64,000 nt of DNA from Octopus sinensis (taxonomy: Eukaryota), in contig NC_042997.1 in the NCBI RefSeq assembly GCF_006345805.1, positions 137,888,001-137,952,000 on the forward strand. Reading direction: 5' to 3'. The notes below the pieces were generated by a model. It was given only the letters and a program-made list of their open reading frames with translations, was not told where the DNA came from and searched no databases. The translations under genes and the position numbers were made by a program. Position 1 is the first letter of the stretch. The number at the start of each line of letters is the position of its first letter. Positions 11,769 to 23,854 of this stretch are shown here, piece by piece.

Positions 11769-13400
11769 ACTTTATCATAGTCCTCCAGGCAATAACGGAG
11801 GAATTCAAGACAGGTTGCCCTTGGGAGCTCCTCTATGCTGATGACCTTGCTCTAATTGCTGAGTCGCTATCAGAACTGGAGGAGAAGTTTCAGGTGTGGA
11901 AACAAGGATTAGAATCGAAGGGCCTCAGAGTCAATCTAGCTAAAACCAAAGTCGTAATCAGTAGGAAGGTAGACAAATCACAAACACCTTCAGGTAGATG
12001 GCCCTGCTCGATCTGTAGAAAAGGTGTAGGTAGAAACTCTATAAGATGCACCAAGTGTAAGCTATGGACACATAAGAGATGCAGCAATGTCAAAGGAAGG
12101 CTAACTAGGAAGATGGTTTTTGTATGTGGCAGATGCTCAGGAACAATAAACACTGAAAATGCTCTGAGACCAACTTCCGTCACTTTCCAGGGAGAAAAAC
12201 TAGAAATAGTTGATAGTTTCCGTTACCTAGGTGACCAAGTCAGCAGCGGGGGCGGGTGTGCTGAAAGTGTAACTGCTAGAGTAAGAATAGCTTGGGCAAA
12301 GTTCAGAGAGCTCTTACCTCTGCTGGTGACAAAAGGCTTCTCGCACAGAGTGAAAGACAGACTGTATGATGCGTGTGTACGAACAGCCATGCTACATGGC
12401 AGTGAAACATGGGCCGTGACTGCTGAGGATATGCGTAAGCTCGCTAGAAATGAAGCCAGTATGCTCCGATGGATGTGTAATGCCGGTACTCACACTCGGC
12501 AGAGTGTAAGTACCTTGAGAGAAAAGCTGGACCTAAGAAGCATCAGTTGTGGTGTGCAAGAGAGACGTTTGCGCTGGTATGGTCATGTGGCGAGAATGGA
12601 TGAAGATAGTTGTGTGAAAAAGTGCCACACCCTAGCGGTTGAGGGAACCTGTGGAAGAGGCAGACCCAGGAAAACCTGGGACGAGGTGGTGAAGCACGAC
12701 CTTCGAACTTTAGGTCTCACTGAGGAAATGACTAGAGACCGAGACCTCTGGAAGTGTGCTGTGCGCGAGAAGACCCGGCAGGACAAGTGAGTCCACAATC
12801 CGTGGCCTTCTACATGGGATGGAGCCAGCCTACGTATGCATACCTTCCCTTCTTGGGACACAAAACTCTACTTGTGAAGACGTGTTGAGGCAAGTGAGGA
12901 TCAGAATCGAAATCGATCAATGGAAATTGCGGATGTGCTACCAGTGCCGGTGGCATGTCGAAACTCTGCTTGTGAAGACCCATTGAGGCAAGTGAGGATC
13001 AGAATCGAAATCGATCAATGGAAATCGATCAATGGAAATTGCAGATGTGTTACTAGTGCCGGTGGCATGTAAGAGAACTTTCCGTTTCGCGACCGTTGCC
13101 AGCACCGCCCCGTTTCGTGTCCGTTGCCAGCCTCGCCTGGCCCTCGTGCCGGTGGCACATAAAAAGCACCATCCGTTCGTGGCCGTTTGCCAGCTCTGTC
13201 TGGCACCAGTGCGGGTGGCACGTAAAAAGCACCCACTACACTCACGGAGTGGTTGGCGTTAGGAAGGGCATCCAGCCGTAGAAACACTGCCAGATTTGAC
13301 TGGGCCTGATGAAGCCTTCTGGCTTCACAGACCCCAGTAGAACCGTCCAACCCATGCTAGCATGGAAAACGGACGCTAAATGATGATGATGATGATGATG
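11769..13400 (+). mobile_element. 5'-truncated RTE-clade LINE (RT C-half, 3'UTR, (TGA)n tail)
   Basis: Open frame 11771-12790: FIIVLQAITEEFKTGCPWELLYADDL...EIVDSFRYLG...RRLRWYGHVAR...RGRPRKTW. YADD at 11834-11845; (TGA)n tail to 13400; AAAGGTAG at 11761-11768 and 13401-13408 as likely TSD. Confidence 0.93.
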
Positions 13401-13783
13401 AAAGGTAGCGTATTTTAATAGAAATATAGTAACAAAAGGGTTAAACCCTATTTCCATTATTTTAATATTAAGTAATTTTTCATAACACCAATTTCAACCC
13501 TATTTCCCTATTTCTTAAAAGTCTTTCTTTCTCCCTCCATCTTATGAAAATAAAAGATGGAAAGGAAAAAGGTTGCCAGTGGAGTTGAGAGATAGAAAGG
13601 AGGAAAGTTGTAGTACAACCTGTGGCTACTTATATTTCAGATATTTCTTTGAAATAAGTCATTAAATCCAAATGCAAATTCTTTTTTTATTGATGAAAAA
13701 ATGTAATGCATATATGTTTTTGGATATATCTCATGTATACAGTTGATTTACTAAACTTGAACAATCTTTGTTCTATCTTGTAG

Positions 13784-13891
13784 TGGGACTCAACAATATG
13801 CCAGTGGTATTACTATGGCATTGAACAGCATCGAGATTTTGAAAATGGAGAATTATATTACCTCAAGTCATTTCGACGATTATTTGATTGA
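13784..13891 (+). CDS. DCAF11: DCAF11 last coding exon (to TGA)
   Basis: cttgtag acceptor. WDSTICQWYYYGIEQHRDFENGELYYLKSFRRLFD* completes the last WD repeat (SSWD...LWQY); stop TGA at 13889-13891. Confidence 0.88.
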   Translation, partial: WDSTICQWYYYGIEQHRDFENGELYYLKSFRRLFD

Positions 13892-14650
13892 TTGTAACCG
13901 TCATATGGGTTATATAAGAAACTGAACAGATGTAAATAATTAACATTTAACAGACATGGCTTTAAGCCCCTACATTTTTTTTATTGCTACATCCATCATT
14001 AGAATAGTTATATTAAATATATTTAGACATCTCAGTCTATAAAACATATTCGTTTCAACAAATGAAATTCTTTGGGAAATTTAGAAAGAAAGCAGGCTGT
14101 AATTCTCATGAAGTGAAATATTTTAAATACCTTCTTTCAGCATAATCTGCTGCTTGAGACCCTAAGATTCCTAAAGAGTCTGAAGATATTTAAAGTATAC
14201 AAAGATCTTAATTTCACTGATTCATATGCTGTTTTTGTAGAACTAAGTCTTCCTCAACTGCCAACTACTTTCTTATTTGATAAAACAACTTCAATTAGTC
14301 AAGGCTACACTTTACATTTATTGTTTTGTGCAAGTTAAATGCTGCTAGAAGGTTTCAGCTTATTACATTCTTATGCAGAAACTACCAACAAAGGATTTAC
14401 TTTGTAACATTCTAAGTTTATATTGTACTGACACAACTGCCATCATGTATAGAATGGATATTTCTATTGGTGTAATTCTGGTTTAAGCTGCCCATATAAT
14501 CTCTTGTAACATTTTTATTTTTTGGAATTTTTTGAAAACGTTTGCAAATTTGTGTTCTACACAAATTTACATGGGAATTCATATGATTCTACATGGGAAT
14601 TCATATGATTATATAAAAAAATTTTTCCTCAAATCTTTTTTACTCCCACC

Positions 14651-14656
14651 AATAAA
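14651..14656 (+). terminator. Candidate DCAF11 polyadenylation signal AATAAA
   Basis: First clear AATAAA I noticed about 760 nt after the DCAF11 stop. Motif only; no transcript evidence. Confidence 0.25.
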
Positions 14657-15954
14657 TCCTAAAATTGCCACTATTTTTCAAATTTTTTCTTAAAATCCAT
14701 TTAAAATATGGACAGTCTGAATTTTTTACTTAAATTCCAGCAATAGACTACAATTGGGTGCATCATCATTCCATTAAATGTGTTTATGGAGAGAAAAATA
14801 TTGAATAGTATCAATACATGTTAGATTGACAAAGAAACCAGAAAGGTTTCAGATGGTTGTCAGATGTACTAAGACCAGCTAAATCGTCCATAATCACACA
14901 AATTTGCAAAAGGTTTCTGAAAATTCCAAACAAATTAGAAGAGTTATGAGGGGCTATATGGGGTACTTAAACCAGAATTCCACCTTTCTTTTATTAAAAC
15001 TTTTAGTTACAAAATCTAAGGAGATATGGAAGATAAAAACAATCCATGATCATCTTTGTAGCAAAATATAGCATCGTCATTTATGTGTGTCTGGAATTTC
15101 TTTCCACTATTTTTGAATAAATAAGTGTTATTTAATTTTGTTTGTCATCTATATCATCATCATCATTATTATGTGACATCTGCTTTCCATATTGGCATGG
15201 GTTGGATGGTTTAGCAGGGAGCTGTCCAGACTCCAGCTGTTTGTTTTGGCATGGCTTCTACAGCTGGATGCCCTTCTTAATGCCAACCACTTAACAGAGT
15301 GTGCTGGATCCTTTTTTTATATGCAACTGGCATATAAACACAGCACAAGTATGGGTGCTTTTTAGGTGGCACCAGCACCTGAAAGGACAAGCCTGTATGT
15401 GTGGAAGACTGATTTTACTTAGCTTGACATGTCTTATCAAGTACAGCAAATCAGCACATCTCCTGGTCCTTTGTCATTTCCTCAGTGAGGCCAAGCATCC
15501 AAAGATCCTTTCTCACCACTTCAACCCACATTTTCCTGGGTCTACCCCTTCCACAGGTACTCTCTACAATTAGAGCTCGGCACTTCTTTATGCAACTGTC
15601 AGTAAGTAAATTTGCTATCCTATTGAAATTCTCTTATCCCAAGTATTATTTTAGTGGCTGTTAAAAGTTGGAGTAAATCCTTTAACCCTTTAACATTCAA
15701 ACCAGCCATATTTAACCCAAAATATTCTGTTATTGTCAAACTGGCCAGATCTGATCTCTCACACCTACCCTACAATGTTATTCTTAAAATAAACAATCAC
15801 AACATTGAAATCTTGTAGCTACAAGATAATGCATGATTAATTCAAAACAAAGTGGATAAATGAGCTTTATATTTGACAGAGTAATCTCAATGCTAAATGG
15901 CTAAAGACCCATTTGTAGCATCTATGGATCACTGTTTAGCAGAAACAATAAGTT

Positions 15955-16050
15955 CACTAGTGTAGCTAAAGTGTGTGCCACCCCTGGGCCCTCACAAAAA
16001 AGTGGTGCCACTCGGGGCAGACTGCTCCCTTCCCTCTAGCTATGCTAGTG
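15955..16050. mobile_element. Short MITE with CACTAG...CTAGTG termini
   Basis: cactagtgtagcta ... tagctatgctagtg; a related element spans about 52541-52740. Confidence 0.5.
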
Positions 16051-19000
16051 AATAGGTTATGATACAATAGATTAAACAGAAGATAAATTTGTTACTGGAT
16101 GAAGCTAGTCTGTTGCACACATTTTTCTGGAATATCTTGTCACCCATTCTTTTGGGTTAGGCTTACAGAGTCAATGTAGAACAGTGTTCTGTCTGAAACA
16201 AAATATCTACAACAGATTTAAAGACATAATCTACACGTTTTCAAGAGCAAACTGAAATAATATCAAATCAAATTAAAAAAAAAAAAAACTTGAATCTAGT
16301 TGAAATAATCTCAAAGTTAATTATAATAATCTCAGAGCAAATTAAACAGTAGATCATCATTTTAATATCCATGCTCACATGATTCAGACAGAATTTGTTG
16401 AAGCAGATTTTCTATGTCTGGATGCCCTTTTTGTCTCCAATCCTCACCTATTTTCAAGTAAAATAATATTCACCTATGACTGGACATGTTTTCATGTAAG
16501 ACTGGAAATGAAGGAAAATCACTTGCAGGATAGTGACACTCATTTACAACTACACATGAAGGCAAGGAAACAGTAACACACACACACATATATATGACAG
16601 GCTTCTTTCAGTTTCTGTCTACCAAATTCACTTACATGGAAGGCTTTGGTTGACCTGGGGCTATAACTGGAGACACAATGGAATTGAACCTAGAATCATG
16701 TTGGGAAGCAAACTTCTTACCACACATTTTTTTTTCGTCATTGATATATTGTTTTGTATTATTTACATGTCTTCCTTTTCCTATTATTTTCTAAAATAAT
16801 AAAATAGTTCGCTTTCAGGGTATACATGTAATAACAATCTGTTATTTAAAACCACAGTAAATAATAAGCATAGTGTGAAAGTACAAAATCCAGTTAGTTT
16901 AGTATTTTGTATTGTATTTACAAAACAACATTTTCCATCATCATTTAATGTTTTCCATATTTGGCATAGGTTGGATAGTTTGACTGGAACTGGCATGTCA
17001 GAAAACTGCACCAAGCTCTACTCTCTGGTTTGATATAATTTCTATGGCTGGATGCCCTTCCTAATGTCAATCACTTTACATAGTGTACTGGGTGCTTATG
17101 TGGCACCAGCACCAATAAGGTCACCTGGCAACTTGCAGGGCAATACTCAACTGGTGGGGAGTAGTATTGAGGGACAGAAAAAAGAGAGAGAGAAGATGGC
17201 GAAAATATGATAGGTGGGAGGGCATATTACCTAAGTTACAGGGTGGTGTATATGGTGAAGTGGACCAAGGATTAGGGGAGAATGTAGGTGGGTGAGTTCA
17301 CAAGATTGCAAAAGGAAGCTGGTGATGGTAGAGGGAGGGGATATTAGGAGGATATGTTATTGGGGAGGTATTCAACAGGGACATATTGTGTAGCATTTTC
17401 ACCAGCATTTAATGTCTGTTTTTCCAATCTGGCATGGGTTGGATAGCTTGACAGGAACTAGCAAGACCAGGGGCCACACCAGGTTCTATAGTCCGTTTTG
17501 GCATGGTTTCTACAGCTTGATGCTCTTCATAAAGCCACTTTACACAGTGTACTCGATGCTCTTTACATGGCACCAATGTTTTTTCTATGTGGCACATGTA
17601 TTTTAATTTTCAATGAAAGTTCAAACCTAGTTAAAAGTATTCTGTTGTTTCTTCAATTTTCATGAGATTAGTTGCAATAATTTATGGCTAAAATTTCTTC
17701 CTGAAATTCTTCACTGAATTTGAGACTGGCAAGCTGTCCACATTCAATTTCTGAAAGGTGTTCAGAGAAATGCAATGGTTTGCTTGTGACATTTCTCTCT
17801 CTCTCTCTCTCAATACCCTATCTTGAACAAAAATTGAGTTCAGTTCCTTTAGCAATGAGTATACTGTTGCCATGCACAAACCAACCTATTTTGTACTAGC
17901 CTCTACTAAGATGGATCTATTTCTCCATCAAAGAATGAAACTTGCAACAACTGTAAAGAGGTTGCACATTTTTGGCAAACATGTCAGTCAAAAAGAGCTG
18001 CAGCATCATTATCTACAATTCTTCCTATAACAGGGACACAACAAGGAAATGGACTTGAACAATGCTAATCAGCAAATATATGGCTAATCAATATATTGAT
18101 ACTTCAGTTAGTGTTACCAATCTCTCATTCTCAACTTTGCAGGAATATCTTTAAACTGTTCTGGCAACTCAATCCAAACAGATGACTTTAAACATTAATA
18201 TGAACCATTACAGAATTTTTATGTTGTTCAATATATTCCAACTTTGGTGACCACCATTTTTTTTTTTTTTTTTCTAAATTTAATGACTTGAAACTAATTG
18301 CTACTAAATCTTGCCACTTTTTCCTATTTGATAAAAGGTCAAAGAAAGATATTAAATGGTTTTTTTTTATGATGACAATATTGAGTCCATAGTCTTTCCA
18401 TTGCAAGCATATGTGGTAGCAGTAAGAAACAGTAGCAAAACGATATATCTTGTCTTGATTTACAAACAATAAATTACTACTGCACTGTAGAAGCCTGTCT
18501 GCTTCCTAATACTGAAAATCTCATGTTCTATTCTCAACAATAAATTCCACAGCTAACTGGATCTAAAAAAAGCATACCATTATATTCCAATCCAAAATGA
18601 CGATGATATATATATATACTGCATTTGAAGTTAATTGAAGGTTTAGTGTAACTAATACTGCAAGTACTTTTCAAAGAACAATAAATAGTTATTGACAATC
18701 AAAGGCATTTACACCTATCTCAGTGTAATTGTCATTGGCAAAACCATTTACTGCCTGTACATTAAGAAATATACAGGCAGTGAATTTCTCCAGCATTTTA
18801 GCTTGCATATCTTTAACACATGCCTCAATTTCATTTTTTTTTTTTTTTTACCTCATTCAGATTATACTGGTGCAGATTTATCAGTTTATTACTCTCTCTT
18901 TTTTCTCTTATCTATTTGCTCTACTAATGGCTAAAGGCAGTCAGAGATTAATGTCGTACATTGTGCATAACAATATCAGTGACATTAAAAGATGATTTTT

Positions 19001-19745
19001 TTTTTTTTAAATCAACTTATTCAAAAAGGGATCCTATTGGAGTAGGAAGACTGAAACAGCAAATTTTGAAAATGATATTGGTATGATGATGAAATAAAGA
19101 TTTCAATTAGTATTTTATTTATCTAACATAAATATCATCATCAACATTTAACATCTATTTTTCCATACTGGCATGGATTGGATGGTTTGGTAGGACCCGG
19201 CAAACCATAGGCCCACATCAAGTTCTAATGTCAGCTTTGGCATAGTTTCTATGGTTGGATGCCCTTCCTAAGGTCAACACTTTACAGCATGTTCTGGGTG
19301 CATTTTCCCGTGCTATTGGCACAGTGAGATTGCCAAGTAACTTGCAAGGCAAGAAAAGAAGGAAAAAAGGGGGGAAGGTAAAAGAAAAAAGCCTCCTTGA
19401 CTAAATGGAGGTGGTAATATTTGAGGAGAAGAAGGATGCTGGTTCTATGCCAGGTGTTGACAGGCTATTTATTGTGCGAGGGATAACAAGCCCAGGTGTT
19501 TTGCTTTAGAGATACAAGGCTACCCTGCATTATATAAGGGTATTGGAAGTAACTGGAAAGCTGGAACATCTCAAGATATGAGGTGGATGTTAGAATACAG
19601 ACAGTGGATTGTGGGTGATGTAGAGGGAAAAGAATTTTCAGAGTGAAATAAAGATTTTTACATAATTGAAATATATTTAGTCTTAAAAGCTATATACAGA
19701 TCAACAATAATTAAATGTAATGGAATAAAGAACAAGAATGAAATA

Positions 19746-20268
19746 CAAGGGGGTGCTGAAAAGTTCCTGGCTTTGGGTAAAAGAAAATACAACAGGAGGA
19801 TCAGTTAATTATGATTTTATTCAACATATTCCACTGTCAGATTCACACACGGCAGCAGTCCTTCAGTCTTTCTAAGTCCAATAAAAGAATTTGGAAGGTT
19901 AGACCTCTAACCAGGCCTTTCAGATCAACAATAATTAAATGTAATGAAATACAAGGGGTTGCTGAAAAGTTCCTGGCTTTGGGCAAAAAAATAGATTTAT
20001 ATATTTTTTGTGTATCCAAAATTGTAAAAACTTGATACATGCTTGATACATTATAGAAAAATATTTTTACTTCCCCCAATCTCTTAAAAACTTGACCAAA
20101 ATATATGTCTTGTTAGAATTATCACTTTCTATTCCCCTCTCAGATTCACACACGTACGACAGCAGTCCTTCGGTTTTTCTTAGCCCTGTAAAAGAACTTG
20201 GAAGGTTAGACCTCCAACCAGGCCTTTCATGCTACCCTTAAAGCCAGGAACTTTTCAGCAACCCCTTG
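19746..20268. mobile_element. Rearranged compound copy of the same mariner MITE
   Basis: TA|caagggggtgctgaaaagttcctggc at 19746, a second TIR at about 19952, and closing TIR gccaggaacttttcagcaaccccttg|TA at 20268. Internal sequence is the reverse complement of the 30505 MITE plus captured flank. Confidence 0.8.
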
Positions 20269-21034
20269 TATATGAAAAAAGAATAACAAAAACTAAAAGC
20301 TAATATACATAAATTTTTAAAATTTTTATTTAGTCCTTTTCCTTTTCAATAAAAGGATTTTGGGATAACCTTAACAGTTTTAAAAATATCAGTCTCACTT
20401 TTTTTAAAAAAGTTATTCTTTTGATTTCAAATAAATAGTCCGTTTTGTTTTTACTTCTTGTAAAAAATATACTCATTTTTATAAAATTCATTTGCTGGGG
20501 GAACATTTTGTATATGTTTTTTGTGTATCCAAAATTGTAAAAGCACAGTTACTCAACATGCTTGATACACTGTGAAAAAATATTTTTACTTCCCCCAATC
20601 TCTTAAAAACTTAACCAAAATATGTCTATTGTTAGAATTGTTACTTTCTATTTTCTTCTTAAAATATTTGTTAGCTCCCCATCTTTTTTTACTCCCTTTA
20701 CCTCCAATTAAAAAAAAATATATTTTTATATTTTTGTGACACAACAAAATTTAGCATGGATTTCAGCTAAGTTCATTAACAGAATGCAAATGCATATTAT
20801 TATGTTACTGTGGCATCTGCAGAAAGCTATGCAATGTTGTTGAATTTTAGCATATCCTTCAAAGTTTGTCAAATTTATATTTGACATTTCAGAAAAGACA
20901 GTCAATTTAACAGAAGTATCTACATTATTCAATTACCCATTCAATTCTGGTATCCACAATATAAATGTGTGTATATGTGCATGTGTGTATGATAATGTTA
21001 AAAATATATTTGTGTTTTTAGATAACTGAGGGGA

Positions 21035-21040
21035 TTTATT
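21035..21040 (-). terminator. Candidate proximal HNF4 polyadenylation signal AATAAA
   Basis: tttatt on +, about 90 nt after the HNF4 stop. Motif only. Confidence 0.25.
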
Positions 21041-21127
21041 CACTGGATTCTGACTGTCTGATTTCAGACTTGTATTCGCCATGTGTGCATGTACAACAGA
21101 GTCAATAACAAAGGGGTTGGTATTCAT

Positions 21128-21540
21128 TCAAACACCAACTTCTTGCTTAAAATGAGAAGGGGTCTGATTATGATTGGTCAAGTTCCCTAATTTGAACGGG
21201 GACTCAACCTGCATACTGGAAGGTGTCATTGAAGTATCATGAGGATCCGTGAGTGTTTGATGAGGATGCTGGTCATGTATATTAACTGTGATTGAACAGT
21301 CATTAGACAGAGGACTACTGCAGGTCAGAGGTGATTGGCTAAAAGGAGAAGTGTCAAGTGAATTGCTGCTGCCAACTGTGTCTTGAAGAATTATTTGGGA
21401 ATCACCATTCTGACCATTAATTATGTTCTCCACAGCTTGATTTCCAAGCTGGTCAGGAAAACTGGGATTTGATAATAAATGAGGTTGAAGACTAACTGCT
21501 GAAACCGCTGCTGAGGAATGTCCAATTTCACTATTTGCTC
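21128..21540 (-). CDS. HNF4: HNF4 last coding exon (F domain, to TGA)
   Basis: tttccag acceptor at 21541-21542; phase matches the preceding exon. S/N/P/Q-rich F domain ending FKQEVGV*, like the vertebrate HNF4A end TKQEVI*. Confidence 0.85.
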
Positions 21541-23438
21541 CTGGAAATGATAATAATAATAATTAATAATGATAATAATAATAAACATTAACAATAATAA
21601 TCCTTTCTACAATAGGCACAAGGCTTGAAATTTAGGGGGAGGGGGGACTAATCGATTACATCGACCCCAGTGTTTAACCGGTACTTATTTCATCAGCACC
21701 GAAAGGATGAAAGGCAAAGTCAACCCTAGCAGAATTTAAACACAAACTGTAAAGACAGACAAAATGCTGCTAAGCATTTTGCCTGGCATGTTAATGATTC
21801 TGCCAGCTTGTCAGTTTAATAACAATAGTTAATAAATAAACAAGTTAAAATTATGGCATACTAACAGTTACCTACAGCATAACTAGCAGGCTGATATGAT
21901 GTCACTGTATTGGCTAGACTATCAGATGCTGCTATACATTGTTGGTCAGAATGCACTTCCTTGTATTGTTATAACTTTCAAATGATGCTACCCCAGTAGC
22001 TAAGTGGACAGGCCAACATTATCTCTGAATGTAGCACAAGTCACACACTGGGTTATCCATTTATAGCTTAGTGGATTGAAGTGTTTTGTTCAAGAACACA
22101 ACCATTCTGAGAATCAAAACTACTATCTTGCAATCATGTGGACAGCACCCTGACCACTAGACCGTGTACTTGTATATATAAGCTAGGAAATATTTTCCCC
22201 CTTCTTCAGTCCAGACATGTTTTCTTGGAAGATTACAAGCAAAATGTCATCACTTGTGTACAACAGTGACACTTGTTTACAATTAGTATACAATGTCAAA
22301 ACAACATTCACACATGACAGGCTTCTTTTTAGTTTCAACCTATTAAATTTGCTCTCAAGTTTTTAGTTGGCCCTTTATGCATGTGTATGTGTCGGCAATG
22401 ATTTTGCATTGACTACAATGCCTTGTGTTCTGAATTTAGATCCAGTTGAGATCATCTTTGTCTTTATTACTTTCAGAGTTGATTAAAGAGACTACTAATC
22501 CAGGGTCAGGATATGACAGAGATGTTGTAATGAAATATGACAGGGAGGTGCGTTTTAGTGAGGCAATGAGATATCATTGGGACACAGCAGTGAGATATGA
22601 TAAGGAGATGACAGATAGAACAGAGAACTAAAAAATAATAGGCAAAGAGATGTAGTAAGTAAATATGAGAAACAACCCTTGTATTATGTTCCCAAGCAAA
22701 ATGTCAGACTATACTTGGTCCAGTTTGCCTCACTGATCAGGTCAGGCTCTACTCCTACACAAAGGTTGAATAGTAAGTGGACAGTAGCATAGTTAGTTGG
22801 GGTGCAAGGAGTGGCCATTTGTTCAGGTAATGCTTTTATGGGGGGAAACTTTTTGGTCTCCTGTATAACTGTATAGGCTTGGGGTTTGGTTTGGGAGGTG
22901 GGAGAAAAACTTAAGGGCTGTTCTGAGTGGCACACTTTAGCTATTCCACTGTAAACAGTTTTCATAAAAAAATATTCCACTTACAACTGGAGAAGACCCA
23001 TGAAGCCAAGAGAAATTGTAGTTGTGGCCAATGCTGGTGTCACATAACTGGCACCTGTGCTGGTGGCATGTAAAAAGCATCCTTTGAATGTTGGGTCTCA
23101 CAGAGGCAATGATTAGTGACTGAAACCATTGGCGATTTGCTGTGCTTGAGAAGACCTGCCAAGCCAAGTGAAATCATAGTCGTGGCTGATGCTGGCATCA
23201 CATAACTGGCACCTGTGCTGGTGGCATGCAAAAAGCACCCATTACACTCTTGGAGCGTTTGATATTAGGAAGGGCATCCAGCCATAAAAACCATACCAAA
23301 TCAAATTGGAACCTGGTGCAGCCATCCAGCTTATCAGTTTCAGTCAAACTGTCTAACCCATGCCAACATAGAAAGCAGACACTAAATGATTATGAGGATG
23401 AATAGCAGGAGAAAGTTTTTTTTTTTTTTGTTGCTTAC

Positions 23439-23675
23439 CTCCAAGTAACATTTCTTGAAGAAGATTGTCTATTTTAGCTACCCCAAATATTTTGGCCATC
23501 TGAATTTGTTCTATCATCTGCCAAGTTATGCTCTGTAAAACAGGTAAAATAAGCAAAATTTCTCCAAATCGACCACGGCATTCATATTGTCTGTCATTGA
23601 TATAATCTTCAAGATTCACTTGAGCTTGGCATCGATACGTTTTTATTCGGTGGCTGTCAATTAAACCTCTGGCAC
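23439..23675 (-). CDS. HNF4: HNF4 LBD exon (helices 9-12, AF-2)
   Basis: ttgttag acceptor, GTAAGC donor. [79 protein letters not shown], including AF-2 LLQEMLL. Confidence 0.96.
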
Positions 23676-23854
23676 CTAACAAAGAAAATTAAACATTGAT
23701 TAGGTTATTGAAGACAGATAAATGATTACGGTTTCAAATTTCGGAATTTATCCAAACAAGTGTAAATACACATTTATACAAAAAACAATGATTTGATAGA
23801 CAGAAACTAAAAGAAGCCTGTCGTGTGTGTGGCATGGGTTAGACAGTTTGGCTG

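Noticed and set aside
13300-13330. CTGATGA plus hairpin in the RTE 3'UTR as a hammerhead
   Set aside because: The stem AGCC-ttct-GGCT is followed by TCAC, not GAAA, so the catalytic core is incomplete.
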